A DNA stretch of 64,000 bases from an uncultured Planctomycetota bacterium. Lineage in GTDB: Bacteria > Planctomycetota > CAZGEP01. The position numbers were made by a program, and so were the translations under genes. Positions 26,840 through 36,178 of this stretch are shown in pieces. Each line of letters starts with the position of its first letter. Positions within the stretch are counted from its first letter, which is position 1. The stretch covers positions 1,811-65,810 of the forward strand of contig CAZGEP010000001.1 of the NCBI GenBank assembly GCA_964524955.1, read 5' to 3'. The notes beneath the pieces are model-generated. The model saw only the letters and a program-made list of their open reading frames with translations. It was not told the DNA's origin and made no database searches.

Positions 26840-28102
26840 TCAACGTCGCTTGGGTATGCTCAGGCCACCGCAGCAGCAGAAAAGGTGCTCGGGTGTCATC
26901 GTGAGCCTGTCTTTGAGCTGGTCCCACGCGTCGGGGGATTCGCTGCACAGTGTTACAGGAGTTCCAGGGCTGACACGAGCGATCTCGTCAATGTAGTGAC
27001 GATAAATTTCCGCACGCGCCTCCGTGGGGAACGGCGCGTTCCATGAACTACCCATCTCCGGATGGGCCCGGATGGCTATGTCCGCCAGGCGCCTGTCCAT
27101 TCGCTCAAGTCCCATGGCCGCATCCAACTGCGGAACAGATGTCATCGACAGTACCCACAGCCGAACCGTATCAGGTGTGACCCTGGCAAAGAGCTTTTTA
27201 ATGGCGATCGTGGCATCCTCCCGCCACTCACGAATTGGAATGATCGGCGAGAATCCCGCGCGCACGCTGTAGCCGGCGTCCTGGCAGCGGCGCAGGGCCT
27301 GGATACGCTGGTCGAGTGACGGGGCGCCGGGTTCGAACTCGCGGGCGGCACGGTCGGTTGCGAGCGTTGTGTAAAATACGCACCGCTCGCGGTTTTTAAG
27401 TTTCAGCAGATGGTCGACGTTGTTGCTCTTGGTGTAGAAAAGAAGGTATTGGTCTTTGCTCTCTGCGAAGACATCGGCCAGGATTTGAGAGGCGCCGTAT
27501 TCCGGTTCAAAACAGATGGAGTCGCTGTACATGTCATACCGGTAAAGCTTCTGATGGGGGCGTGCGGCGAGCGTCCGGCTTACATGGTCTGCGAAGTTCT
27601 CCAGATCAAGCATCAGGGTCATGATGAATGCCTGGTCGCAGTAGGCGCATCGGTGGACACATCCGTTCAGGCTGTGGATCCCCCAGCCGCCCTGACACAC
27701 GTAGCTTCGTTCGGGATGATGATTTGCGTCCATGACCTCCCGGCGACTGTAGGCAAAGTCTTCACCGACTCCGGCCATGGTGGACGCCAGTCGATTGGCG
27801 ATTTTGTACTTGTATTTGGGATCTGGCTTTTTGCGTTTTGACGCATCCCAGACAAACGTATTGAAGACGAGTACCGGGTCCCCCTGGGGCTTCAGGAGAC
27901 CGTTCATCAGGTCATCAGACCACTCGGGACAGGTCGCTCCGATCCCCGCCCGTTCCACAATCATCTCCGTATCTGCTGTTTCAACATTTTCCACAGGTGG
28001 ATCTCCCATGGCTTTCAGCATATGCTCCAGACGTTTGACCGCCCTGGCGTTGCGGTAGACGCGCTTGTGGACAAATATTGCGGGTGGCTTCAGGGTATAC
28101 AT
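26840..28102 (-). CDS. Radical SAM protein, spore-photoproduct-lyase (SplB)-like DNA repair family
   Basis: CxxxCxxC motif in GCVHRCAYCDQ. 420 aa with the SPL-family N-terminal extension and C-terminal Cys cluster. Confidence 0.65.
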   Translation of the reverse strand: MYTLKPPAIFVHKRVYRNARAVKRLEHMLKAMGDPPVENVETADTEMIVERAGIGATCPEWSDDLMNGLLKPQGDPVLVFNTFVWDASKRKKPDPKYKYKIANRLASTMAGVGEDFAYSRREVMDANHHPERSYVCQGGWGIHSLNGCVHRCAYCDQAFIMTLMLDLENFADHVSRTLAARPHQKLYRYDMYSDSICFEPEYGASQILADVFAESKDQYLLFYTKSNNVDHLLKLKNRERCVFYTTLATDRAAREFEPGAPSLDQRIQALRRCQDAGYSVRAGFSPIIPIREWREDATIAIKKLFARVTPDTVRLWVLSMTSVPQLDAAMGLERMDRRLADIAIRAHPEMGSSWNAPFPTEARAEIYRHYIDEIARVSPGTPVTLCSESPDAWDQLKDRLTMTPEHLFCCCGGLSIPKRR

Positions 28103-28159
28103 GACAACCTCCTTAACGATGAGTTCGGCCGGGCATAATCAATATGGAATATTTTCCTT

Positions 28160-28912
28160 TCAGGGTGTTATCCCGCGAAGTTCAAGTGCTTCCTTCATTT
28201 TCCAGGCCTCTTTTTCAAGTTCGGAAATGATTTTCTTTTCACACGCGGCATTCATACGTATAGTTGGGACTGCGGCGCCGAGCGATGCGCAGATATTTCC
28301 GGCAGATGATACGACCGGTACACCGATATACTGCATAAGTCCGTCACGGGCCCGAAATGAAACATACCCCTTTTTACGGATCGCAGCGCATTTTTGTGAA
28401 ATATCTTTTCTGGTCTTCATACCATCCCATCGATCTCCGGGCATGCCGTGCTCCCTGAGAACAGCCCTTTTCTGATCCTCGGTCATGAACGCAAAAAGAG
28501 CACGTCCTGTGGCTGTATTGTAGAATCCTCTGATGGATGTGAACGAATCATTGACAACCATGCTTTCCTCTGTACGGGCTTTTGCCAGAGTGTAGCGTTC
28601 GGTTCCCTTGAAAGTGGCGGCGACAATGGTCTCTCCCGTTGTTTTCAGAAGACTTCGGGCCGATTCACACGCGGCCCCTGCAATAGTTTCTCTCAGCAGA
28701 CTCTTCCGGGTCAGTTTCATTGCCCCGGCACCAATACTGAAAAGACCCTGTTGATCTCTGTCAACCATGCTCAGGTCGCGCAGGGATTTCAGGATATTCG
28801 AAAGCGTTGCCTTGTTTATGCCGGTTTTATTGAGGATCTTTGTATAGGAGATTCGGTCTCCTGCGGAAATAATTCCAAGAATGAATACAGCCTTTTCAAG
28901 AACTTTTATCAT
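28160..28912 (-). CDS. IclR family transcriptional regulator
   Basis: N-terminal wHTH (VLEKAVFILGIISAGDRISYTKILNKTGINKATLSNILKSL) plus C-terminal IclR effector domain. 250 aa. Confidence 0.8.
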   Translation of the reverse strand: MIKVLEKAVFILGIISAGDRISYTKILNKTGINKATLSNILKSLRDLSMVDRDQQGLFSIGAGAMKLTRKSLLRETIAGAACESARSLLKTTGETIVAATFKGTERYTLAKARTEESMVVNDSFTSIRGFYNTATGRALFAFMTEDQKRAVLREHGMPGDRWDGMKTRKDISQKCAAIRKKGYVSFRARDGLMQYIGVPVVSSAGNICASLGAAVPTIRMNAACEKKIISELEKEAWKMKEALELRGITP

Positions 28913-29155
28913 ATTGTGTTCCTATGGAATGCTTTCATAAGGGCTTTCTTTCTATACATTATGTTTGTTTAATAATAATAAACAAGTTCAACAATGTTAA
29001 GTGTATGCTGTGTGCGCTCAAATTGCAAGTACATTTTATTTTTTCCATCAAAGGAGAATACTTTTTTTATCCTTGACGATTTACCTTGACAACTTGTGTA
29101 GAGATTGATCCCAGATATGAACACAGGGAGCTGGATTCACTGTTGGTTTTTGGGG

Positions 29156-29184
29156 TTGACAGGTTGGTTTCTTGTATTATACTC
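29156..29184 (+). promoter_or_regulatory. sigma70-like promoter (TTGACA-N17-TATACT) for the small basic-protein gene
   Basis: gttgacaggttggtttcttgtattatact. Confidence 0.35.
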
Positions 29185-29245
29185 TTCATAGCAAATCGCG
29201 TCCGATGCCCGATTCCGGGTATGATTTTATATTTCGACAATCTTT

Positions 29246-29261
29246 TTTCCACGATTGGAAA
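29246..29261 (+). promoter_or_regulatory. Perfect 6-4-6 inverted repeat TTTCCA-CGAT-TGGAAA overlapping the RBS region of the downstream small gene; candidate operator
   Basis: Read directly from the sequence. Located 5 nt upstream of the ATG at 29267 and about 330 nt from the divergent IclR gene. Confidence 0.3.
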
Positions 29262-29266
29262 TCACG

Positions 29267-29545
29267 ATGGCCAAACGAAGATACAAACGACCCAAAGGCA
29301 AGAAAGCTGTGCCCATGAAACCCGGGATGGCCAAGTCCGGCACCGGCTCCACCATGGTTATTCCCAAAGCGGATTCCAGGATCAGCGAATACGGCAGGAA
29401 GATCATGGAAGCCGGAATTCTCCGCTTCACTCTCCATATTGATGATCCCTGGGCTGCTGTTGAACGGCGGACAGTTGACATCTTTAATCCGGAGTTTGTT
29501 CAGCTCGCCAAGTCAAAGAGCGAGAATCCATGTCTTCGGTATTAG
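29267..29545 (+). CDS. Small (92 aa) basic hypothetical protein (MAKRRYKRPKGKK... N-terminus)
   Basis: ORF with strong promoter and terminator context. No recognised domain. Confidence 0.4.
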   Translation: MAKRRYKRPKGKKAVPMKPGMAKSGTGSTMVIPKADSRISEYGRKIMEAGILRFTLHIDDPWAAVERRTVDIFNPEFVQLAKSKSENPCLRY

Positions 29546-29598
29546 GCCTTGAAAATTCATTAACGTGGGATATGCATTGATATGGTTACCGGGAATAT

Positions 29599-29646
29599 CC
29601 CCGGGCGGTTATTGATTCTTTGTAAACCATAACCGCCGGGTTTATT
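29599..29646 (+). terminator. Rho-independent terminator (12-bp GC-rich stem CCCGGGCGGTTAT/ATAACCGCCGGG with one bulge, 16-nt loop, TTTATT tail)
   Basis: Hairpin read directly from the sequence, about 55 nt after the stop of the small gene. Confidence 0.6.
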
Positions 29647-29692
29647 CGGCTCAGTAATTCTGTTGCAGTATTTTTTACATGGAGGAGTACAT

Positions 29693-31195
29693 ATGCATTG
29701 TCGGTCACTTTTTATTGTTTTTATTTGTTTTTTTCCCATGCTTATAAATGCTGAACCGATCAAACTGGAAACCCGTCGTGAATTATTTGTGGATGATTAT
29801 GTCATCGACACGGGGGCGCTGAAAAACAGTACGCTGATGATTCATAAGCCGACAGACAGCGGTGATGTGTTTCAGTGTGAGAAAGAAAGTGACAGACCGT
29901 ACAGCATGTGCTTTACCTCTGTAGTCAAAGACGGCAGCCGCTATCTGCTGTATTATCGCACCTGGCCGGATGCAAAGAAGAATTCTCTGGCCTGGCGATG
30001 TGCTGTATCAAAGGACGGCCGCAACTGGCAACGCCCGAATTTCGGTTTGTGCGAAAGCAATGGCTCAAAAAAGAATAATATTGTTCTCGCCAGTCCGGGA
30101 AATATTGCCTCCTTTGCTCCGTTTGTAGATACCCGTCCGGGCATACCCGCATCACAGCGATTCAAGGCCGTTGCTCTGGCTATCGGCGGGGAGCACCGTC
30201 AGCTCTTTGCCTATGCGTCACCGGATGGCATCCGGTGGTCGCTGATGTCCAACGAACCGATCATGGACGAAGAGCACGGCGGACTCCTCATGGATCCGGC
30301 TGCGTTGGATACGCACAACTGTGCTTTTTACTCGGAAACAGAGAAAAGATATGTAATGTATGTGCGTGACTGGAGGGACAAAATCCGCCGAATATCCCGT
30401 TCTACCAGCAGAGATTTCCTGAAATGGACCCGATGTCGGCTAATGGAGTATCGTTTCTTCGGCAATGAGCAGAGACACGGATACGATGAACTCTATATCA
30501 ACAGTACACATCCGTATTTCCGGGCACCGCACATATATCTGGCCCCTGCCGCAAGGCTGGTCCTGAACAAAGGAGGAGAAATCAAGACCCAGGCGGAAGC
30601 CAGGAAGCTGGGTGTTGACCTGACATATTTCAAAAAGAACAAAGACCATTCCTCTTACGCGATATTCATGACCACACGAGGAAATCTTGAGTATGACCGG
30701 TTGCTTCCCGGTGAGTATATCACCCCTTCCAAAGAGATCGGCAGGCAGATGGCCCGATCCAATTATCCCGGTCCGCACTATGTTCAGACCGGTGCCCGTG
30801 AATTATCTCTTTACGTGTCCCACAATTATGCATCTACGACCAATCATTTACGCCGGTATACATTGCGGCTGGATGGTTTCGGATCACTCCACGCTGAAAA
30901 GGAACAGGGTGAAGCCGCAACAAAGGCCCTGACCTTCACAGGTAAACATCTCTACCTTAATTACAAGACTGCAGCGGGTGGACGTATTGCTGTTGAACTG
31001 ACCGATGATCAGGGCAAGCCTCTCAAGGGATTTACACAGGCGGATGCTGTACCGCTGACCGGTAACAAAATTGAGGGCCGTGTAGCCTGGAAAAGCGGAC
31101 CCGACTTGACCAGACTGATCGGCACCCCCATTCGTATCCGCTTTATCCTGCAGAATGCCGATATCTATGCCATGCGGTTTGGTGACAAAGAGTAA
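29693..31195 (+). CDS. Secreted beta-propeller glycoside-hydrolase-like protein (GH43/GH32/GH130 superfamily-like)
   Basis: Signal peptide MHCRSLFIVFICFFPMLINA. ELFVDDYVID start, recurring D/E-containing propeller blades and a C-terminal beta-sandwich. RBS ggagg 8 nt upstream of the ATG at 29693. Confidence 0.4.
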   Translation: MHCRSLFIVFICFFPMLINAEPIKLETRRELFVDDYVIDTGALKNSTLMIHKPTDSGDVFQCEKESDRPYSMCFTSVVKDGSRYLLYYRTWPDAKKNSLAWRCAVSKDGRNWQRPNFGLCESNGSKKNNIVLASPGNIASFAPFVDTRPGIPASQRFKAVALAIGGEHRQLFAYASPDGIRWSLMSNEPIMDEEHGGLLMDPAALDTHNCAFYSETEKRYVMYVRDWRDKIRRISRSTSRDFLKWTRCRLMEYRFFGNEQRHGYDELYINSTHPYFRAPHIYLAPAARLVLNKGGEIKTQAEARKLGVDLTYFKKNKDHSSYAIFMTTRGNLEYDRLLPGEYITPSKEIGRQMARSNYPGPHYVQTGARELSLYVSHNYASTTNHLRRYTLRLDGFGSLHAEKEQGEAATKALTFTGKHLYLNYKTAAGGRIAVELTDDQGKPLKGFTQADAVPLTGNKIEGRVAWKSGPDLTRLIGTPIRIRFILQNADIYAMRFGDKE

Positions 31196-31198
31196 GGA

Positions 31199-31585
31199 AT
31201 GGTTTGTGATGGTTTATGGCTATCGAAAAAACAGTCAGCACCTGCGTCTGGGCTTTATCAAAGCATTGCACCGGAATGGATTGCCGGGACATCGATGTGG
31301 AACAGTACGGTGGCAGCTGCGGAAAGGTCTGTTGGTTATCTCTGGTTCTGGCTGCTGCTGACGATTGCCCTGCGAGGGATTGTTCCGCTGCTGTTCGGTC
31401 TGTATCTCATGGTATCAGGGCGACTGCTGATTAATCTCTGTTATCCGGATCCATCCAGCCCTGAGCAGGCACACAAGTCAGGCCCTTCCCGGGAGGAGGA
31501 AGGCAAGCTGGACCGGGTGCTTCAGAAGCGTGAGGATGCAAAGAATGATGACCGGAAATACATGCCGCCGGAAATGAGGGGATAA
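31199..31585 (+). CDS. Small 2-TM membrane protein with charged C-terminal tail (hypothetical)
   Basis: LWFWLLLTIALRGIVPLLFGLYLMVSGRLLINL, then a KR/DE-rich tail. The start codon is uncertain. Confidence 0.3.
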   Translation: MVCDGLWLSKKQSAPASGLYQSIAPEWIAGTSMWNSTVAAAERSVGYLWFWLLLTIALRGIVPLLFGLYLMVSGRLLINLCYPDPSSPEQAHKSGPSREEEGKLDRVLQKREDAKNDDRKYMPPEMRG

Positions 31586-31661
31586 ACGGTCGATGTGTGA
31601 ACTGCAGTCTGTGGTCAATCGTCTATGGGCGGTGGCTTTAAGATAAAAAAAGGAAATCGAA

Positions 31662-33008
31662 ATGGTTTTCGAAATCGGTAGTGCTGTTATGATCGACCAG
31701 GGAAAACAACCCGATACCGAATGTCCGAATAAAGATCATGCAGAGACGCATAAGGATCCGGGTGCGCTGCTGTCCAAAGTGACTGCTGCGATTTCATGCG
31801 TGGGAGGGGTGATATCCATTGGCCTGGCGTCGCATGATTTCCCTGATCCCTGGCCCGCACTTCTTTACATAATCAGCGTCATGTGTTTTGTTGTCTTTAT
31901 TTCTTCCATGAGCAGTTTTTATGCAAAGCAATACTCGCTCTACAAGCGGGGTATGTTCAGCATGCATGTGTCTATGCTGATTATTATTGCAGAAATCGTC
32001 ATGAAATGTACCGGTTTATCAACAATTTTTTCGATTGTTGTTCTTGACCTTCTGAACGGTTATGTTTTCATCAGGGCGCGAAAAATTCTCTTAACTATTG
32101 CGCACGAGATTATTGTACGCTACAAAGGCCGTGACCATGAGCGTCGCATTTTCAGTCTTTCGATTGTCATCTTCGGCGTGCTCTTTATCGGGCTGCAGGT
32201 GTGGACAGTTTGTTTCTTTATCGCCACGCATTCGTACTTTAATCCGCTGGTGATCGGTTTCTGCGTGCTTCAGATGTTTGCCGCGTATTGGGGGTCAATC
32301 ATCACACGGCTGGGTGTGGCCGTATACAATGGTTATGAGCCCGGATTTGCTACCCGTGAACGGGAGAGGTTTGAACGCCTTGAGGCCGTTCTGATGCAGC
32401 GAAGAGCATTGGCGGAAACGCTTGCCTTTCGGACTCTGGAAGAGCGGAGTCAAATGATCGAAGCTGCCAGCAGGGAGCAGAACATTACCACTTCTTTACG
32501 GGTGAAATCACGACTTAAAGCGTCTCCTGCAGTGTTCTTTCTTGCTACCCTGGGCGGTATGGTCTGGGTGCTGTTTCATGTTCATACAGAAAACTGGGCG
32601 ATTACAGCTGGCAAGTTTTTCTTGATTTTTCTTGCGCTTCGAATAACGTGGAATCCGCTTAAGAAGGAACTGGAACGTTACAAGAATACATACATCCTTG
32701 TGTCGCTGGCAGGGATCTCTTTTTATTCGCCTGAGAGAACCCGGCAGTATTTATGGCAGGATTTTATGCGAATTGATATCGGCGGAATGGTGCGGTCAAG
32801 CAGCACTCCGGTTGTTTTTCACGGCTATTATCCGCTGTTGACTCTGAAGGTTACGTATCAGCAATGCAGGATTAACCTTTTGATCAAGGCCGTGAAAAAG
32901 CATGTTGATGCACCCGAGATTATGTCCGATGAAATGAAGTACATTGATATGCGTAAATTTGTGATACTGGGCCAGGATTCAACATCGGCGAAAAAAGAAA
33001 GCTTTTGA
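31662..33008 (+). CDS. Polytopic membrane protein of unknown function (448 aa, about 6-8 TM with central charged coiled segment)
   Basis: Multiple hydrophobic helices. Central RERERFERLEAVLMQRRALAETLAFRTLEERSQMIEAASRE. No known motif. Confidence 0.4.
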   Translation: MVFEIGSAVMIDQGKQPDTECPNKDHAETHKDPGALLSKVTAAISCVGGVISIGLASHDFPDPWPALLYIISVMCFVVFISSMSSFYAKQYSLYKRGMFSMHVSMLIIIAEIVMKCTGLSTIFSIVVLDLLNGYVFIRARKILLTIAHEIIVRYKGRDHERRIFSLSIVIFGVLFIGLQVWTVCFFIATHSYFNPLVIGFCVLQMFAAYWGSIITRLGVAVYNGYEPGFATRERERFERLEAVLMQRRALAETLAFRTLEERSQMIEAASREQNITTSLRVKSRLKASPAVFFLATLGGMVWVLFHVHTENWAITAGKFFLIFLALRITWNPLKKELERYKNTYILVSLAGISFYSPERTRQYLWQDFMRIDIGGMVRSSSTPVVFHGYYPLLTLKVTYQQCRINLLIKAVKKHVDAPEIMSDEMKYIDMRKFVILGQDSTSAKKESF

Positions 33009-33035
33009 CAATATATCGGCACAACAATCGCATTT

Positions 33036-33221
33036 GTGAAAGGAAACACGATGACACATGATCGTCTCTACCATGAAATGCTCACGGAAATTGAGAGCAT
33101 TCCCACTGTGGATGCACATGAGCATCTGCCGCCGGAAGATGTGCGGCTGAAAGAACCTCGTGATTTCTACAGATTGGAGAATTCGAGATGCGAATCCGAG
33201 GGTATGCCAATCCCACAATGA
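33036..33221 (+). pseudogene. N-terminal fragment of a metal-dependent amidohydrolase/TIM-barrel hydrolase gene
   Basis: 61-aa ORF with IPTVDAHEHLPPE (HxH metal motif of the amidohydrolase superfamily), then a stop. Downstream frames 33222-33360 are short and broken. Confidence 0.3.
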
Positions 33222-33358
33222 CCGTAATCAAAGCCGTGGCCGAGTTTGAACGCTGCGATTCGGAGTCAAACAAGGTATTCTTCTACAGGCAATCCGTTGT
33301 GGATACGTTCACTGTATCCAGAAGCGAACAGATGTTCTGACGGATTAACACTGCAACG

Positions 33359-33733
33359 TTAATTGTTTTCTTTGTCCGGCAGTTTTTCCAGAGCCTTTGT
33401 TTCCTCAACAACTTTCTTGAGGAGTCTATTCTGTCGGAGTGCGTGAGACGCTGAAATGGTAATCCAGACAAAGCTGAGAATGATGCAGCCGGAAGTCGTA
33501 AGAACGATTCTTCTAACAAAGTCACTATCCCAAAGCGTTTCTATTTTGTTTCCGGAACGAACAAGGACTTCGATTTCTACTTTAGAACTGAAGTAATAAT
33601 ACAAAATGGCGTGGGTGATTACTCCGATAACAACAAGGATAACCGGCAGAATGAATACCCAATATCCCCAGATGCTTTTGGGTGATTTTATTATGGCGTC
33701 ATTAATCTGAGATTTTTCTTCCGATGTCAGCAT
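33359..33733 (-). CDS. Small 2-TM membrane protein (hypothetical)
   Basis: WGYWVFILPVILVVIGVITHAILYYYF and IVLTTSGCIILSFVWITISA hydrophobic helices. 124 aa. Confidence 0.35.
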   Translation of the reverse strand: MLTSEEKSQINDAIIKSPKSIWGYWVFILPVILVVIGVITHAILYYYFSSKVEIEVLVRSGNKIETLWDSDFVRRIVLTTSGCIILSFVWITISASHALRQNRLLKKVVEETKALEKLPDKENN

Positions 33734-33818
33734 TCTCGTCTTACCATCCAGCGAAGCGAAGGGGAATTTGAGTATCTGGAACTGACGATACCGCCGATTA
33801 TTGAATGCAGTTTACTCG

Positions 33819-35111
33819 TTATTCTTTGCTGTTGTTTCCAAACTGCTGGTCCATCTTGAGTGCGCAGTAGGAACCACACATGGAGCAGACTTCCGCATCT
33901 CCGGGCTGAACTTCGCTGCGCATGGTTTCGGCCTGTTTGGGGTCAATGCTCAGTTCGATCTGTTTCTGCCAGTCTTTGTTGAAGCGTGCTTGAGAGATCG
34001 CGGTGTCCCATTCCCGGGCACCGGGAATGCCTTTGGCAATGTCTGCGGCATGAGCAGAAATTCGGGAGGCAACAACTCCGATCCGGACGTCTTCGGCATT
34101 GGGCAGGCGCAGATGCTCGGCCGGGGTGACGTAGCACAGGAAGTCCGCACCTGCAGCTCCGGCGATGGCGCCGCCGATGGCCGAAGTGATGTGGTCGTAC
34201 CCGGGTGCCACGTCCGTGACCAGGGGGCCGAGTACGTAAAATGGTGCGCCGTTGCAGAGTTCTTTCTGGAGTTTGATCTGTGCATCGATCTGATGGATGG
34301 GGACGTGCCCCGGGCCTTCAATCATAACTTGAACACCGCTGTCTGAGCATCTGCGCGCAAGCATGGCCAGGGTATTGAGTTCTTCGACCTGGGCCGGGTC
34401 CATGGCGTCGTCAATGCATCCGGGACGAAGACCGTCGCCCAAACTCAGCGTAACGTCGTATTCTCTGCACATATCAATGATTTCGTCAAACCGTTCAAAG
34501 AGCGGGTTTTCGCACTGATTGCGGCGGATGTACGCCGCCAGGATCGCACCGCCTCTGCTGACTATCCCCAGTACCCGGCCGGTGCTGTCATGCGTCTGTA
34601 CGACTTGGCGGGTCACACCGCAATGAATGGTGAGGAAGTCCACACCGTCATTGATGTGGGATTGTATGGCGTCAAAGATGCGGTCGGCTGTGAGTTTCTT
34701 CAGAGAGCCTTCTTCCTGAAGGCATTCGGCTGCGGCCTGATATATCGGCACTGTACCAAAGCAGAGTCGGGTGTTTTCGAGCAGTTTTTTGCGTGTTTCG
34801 CTGATGTTTGTTCCGGTACTCAGGTCCATGACTGCATCAGCGCCTGCCTTTTCACAGGCACGGATCTTCTCCAGTTCAAGGTCAATGTTGTCCAGATCGC
34901 CGGAGGTGCCGATGTTAGCGTTGACTTTGGTCTTGAGACCCTCACCGATACCCACGTAGGAGAAAGTCGGGCGTCGGGTGTTTCGGGGAATGACAATCTT
35001 GCCCTGTGCAAGCTTGTTTATGAGTGTCTGCTTGTCAATATGTTCGTTTTTTGCAATGGTGGTCAGTTCTTCAGATGCCAAGCCTTTCCGGGCGTGTTCA
35101 ATCGCTGTCAT
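33819..35111 (-). CDS. thiC: Phosphomethylpyrimidine synthase ThiC
   Basis: Diagnostic ThiC blocks: TIHCGV, GIVSRGG, LSLGDGLRPG, the C-terminal CSMCGSYCALK iron-sulfur motif, and length about 430 aa. Confidence 0.9.
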   Translation of the reverse strand: MTAIEHARKGLASEELTTIAKNEHIDKQTLINKLAQGKIVIPRNTRRPTFSYVGIGEGLKTKVNANIGTSGDLDNIDLELEKIRACEKAGADAVMDLSTGTNISETRKKLLENTRLCFGTVPIYQAAAECLQEEGSLKKLTADRIFDAIQSHINDGVDFLTIHCGVTRQVVQTHDSTGRVLGIVSRGGAILAAYIRRNQCENPLFERFDEIIDMCREYDVTLSLGDGLRPGCIDDAMDPAQVEELNTLAMLARRCSDSGVQVMIEGPGHVPIHQIDAQIKLQKELCNGAPFYVLGPLVTDVAPGYDHITSAIGGAIAGAAGADFLCYVTPAEHLRLPNAEDVRIGVVASRISAHAADIAKGIPGAREWDTAISQARFNKDWQKQIELSIDPKQAETMRSEVQPGDAEVCSMCGSYCALKMDQQFGNNSKE

Positions 35112-35119
35112 TACTGCTC

Positions 35120-36178
35120 CTAAAGTGTTTTCGTCAGGGTGACTTTTCTGCCTTTGTCAAAGTAGATTACCTTGTCTGTGCCGGATTTTATAACAGTGAT
35201 TCCCAGGCCGTGCTTGTCTTCGGTTGAACCGTCCAGGTAGGAGGCGGAGTCAAACCCCTCTCCCTGGTCTTCAACAGTTACCGAAACCTGTTTTGGATCC
35301 CGGGTGATGTTCATGCGAATGTTTTTTTCTTCGTTTCCGTTATGGCCGTGAAAAAACGCGTTGTTTACGGCTTCGGTTATGGCATTGATGAATCGTTCGC
35401 GTTTTTCATCGTCCCGTGCTCGGAAATACTGGTCACATATGTCCTTGGAAAATTCGATCAGTTCGGACAGGGCGGCTTCATGACCCGTGGATTCCACCAG
35501 GATCCGGTTGAGAAAGAACTCGCTGTCCGCCTTGATGGATTCCACAGTACGAACAAAGTTCTCCAGGTCATCAGGTGTTGCGGGGGCATGGTTGAGCGCC
35601 AGGTCCGGATGGACCGTAAACCTTCCGCCGTCAGGGGTTTTCAAGGTATGGTCGCACAAAGATATGACCGGGATCAGACCTGATATTTTCTGGCCGTTGA
35701 TGTATTTCATGACCGTCAGGTAGTCGCGGACGTCCGTGGGTGAGGCAACAAAAAAAGCGCTGATTTCAATGCCGTGTTCGTTGAAGAGCTTTTTGCAATG
35801 CTCGGACGATTCAACCGCCATGATGTCCCAGCCGATGAGCAGTTCATTCATTTCCTCCGGTACCTGGGGGCTGCCGTAGTAGAGAATGATTTTGGATGAG
35901 GCCTGGTTAAGCTTATTGACAAAGGGTTTGCTGAATTTGGCTCGCACAGTCTTTTTGGCCGGAATAAAAATGCTTTCCCGCGTCTGGGGGTTGATTCCCT
36001 TGGTAGGGGGGCGGTTGGATACGCTGACTCGCATAAGGTTGCGGATGGTCAGGCTGCCCTGGTCTTTTAGAACGGCCAGAAGTGCGTCCGGCAGAGAGGA
36101 AAATACTTTTTTCAGATCTTTTTCAGAAAGGCCTGTAGCATGGGAAAGTTTTTTAAGTAAAGTTGCCAGTTCAGACAT
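35120..36178 (-). CDS. Fusion protein: HU/IHF-like DNA-binding domain + central alpha/beta domain + C-terminal GHKL ATPase (RsbW/SpoIIAB-like anti-sigma-factor kinase) domain
   Basis: N-term GSLTIRNLMRVSVSNRPPTKGINPQTRESIFIPAKKTVRAKFSKPF carries the NPQT signature of the HU/IHF fold. C-term INAITEAVNNAFFHGHNGNEEKNIRMNITRDPKQVSVTVEDQGEGFD is the HATPase_c N/G1 box. It ends 8 nt before the thiC start. Confidence 0.55.
   Translation of the reverse strand: MSELATLLKKLSHATGLSEKDLKKVFSSLPDALLAVLKDQGSLTIRNLMRVSVSNRPPTKGINPQTRESIFIPAKKTVRAKFSKPFVNKLNQASSKIILYYGSPQVPEEMNELLIGWDIMAVESSEHCKKLFNEHGIEISAFFVASPTDVRDYLTVMKYINGQKISGLIPVISLCDHTLKTPDGGRFTVHPDLALNHAPATPDDLENFVRTVESIKADSEFFLNRILVESTGHEAALSELIEFSKDICDQYFRARDDEKRERFINAITEAVNNAFFHGHNGNEEKNIRMNITRDPKQVSVTVEDQGEGFDSASYLDGSTEDKHGLGITVIKSGTDKVIYFDKGRKVTLTKTL

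Noticed and set aside
29663-29692. Upstream alternative starts given by the ORF track (TTG at 29663 for the glycosidase, TTG at 36378 for MerR, TTG at 1211 for rarA, TTG at 29255 for the small basic protein)
   Set aside because: In each case an in-frame ATG lies just downstream, with better RBS spacing and agreement with homologue N-termini or signal-peptide logic. The ATG starts were preferred.
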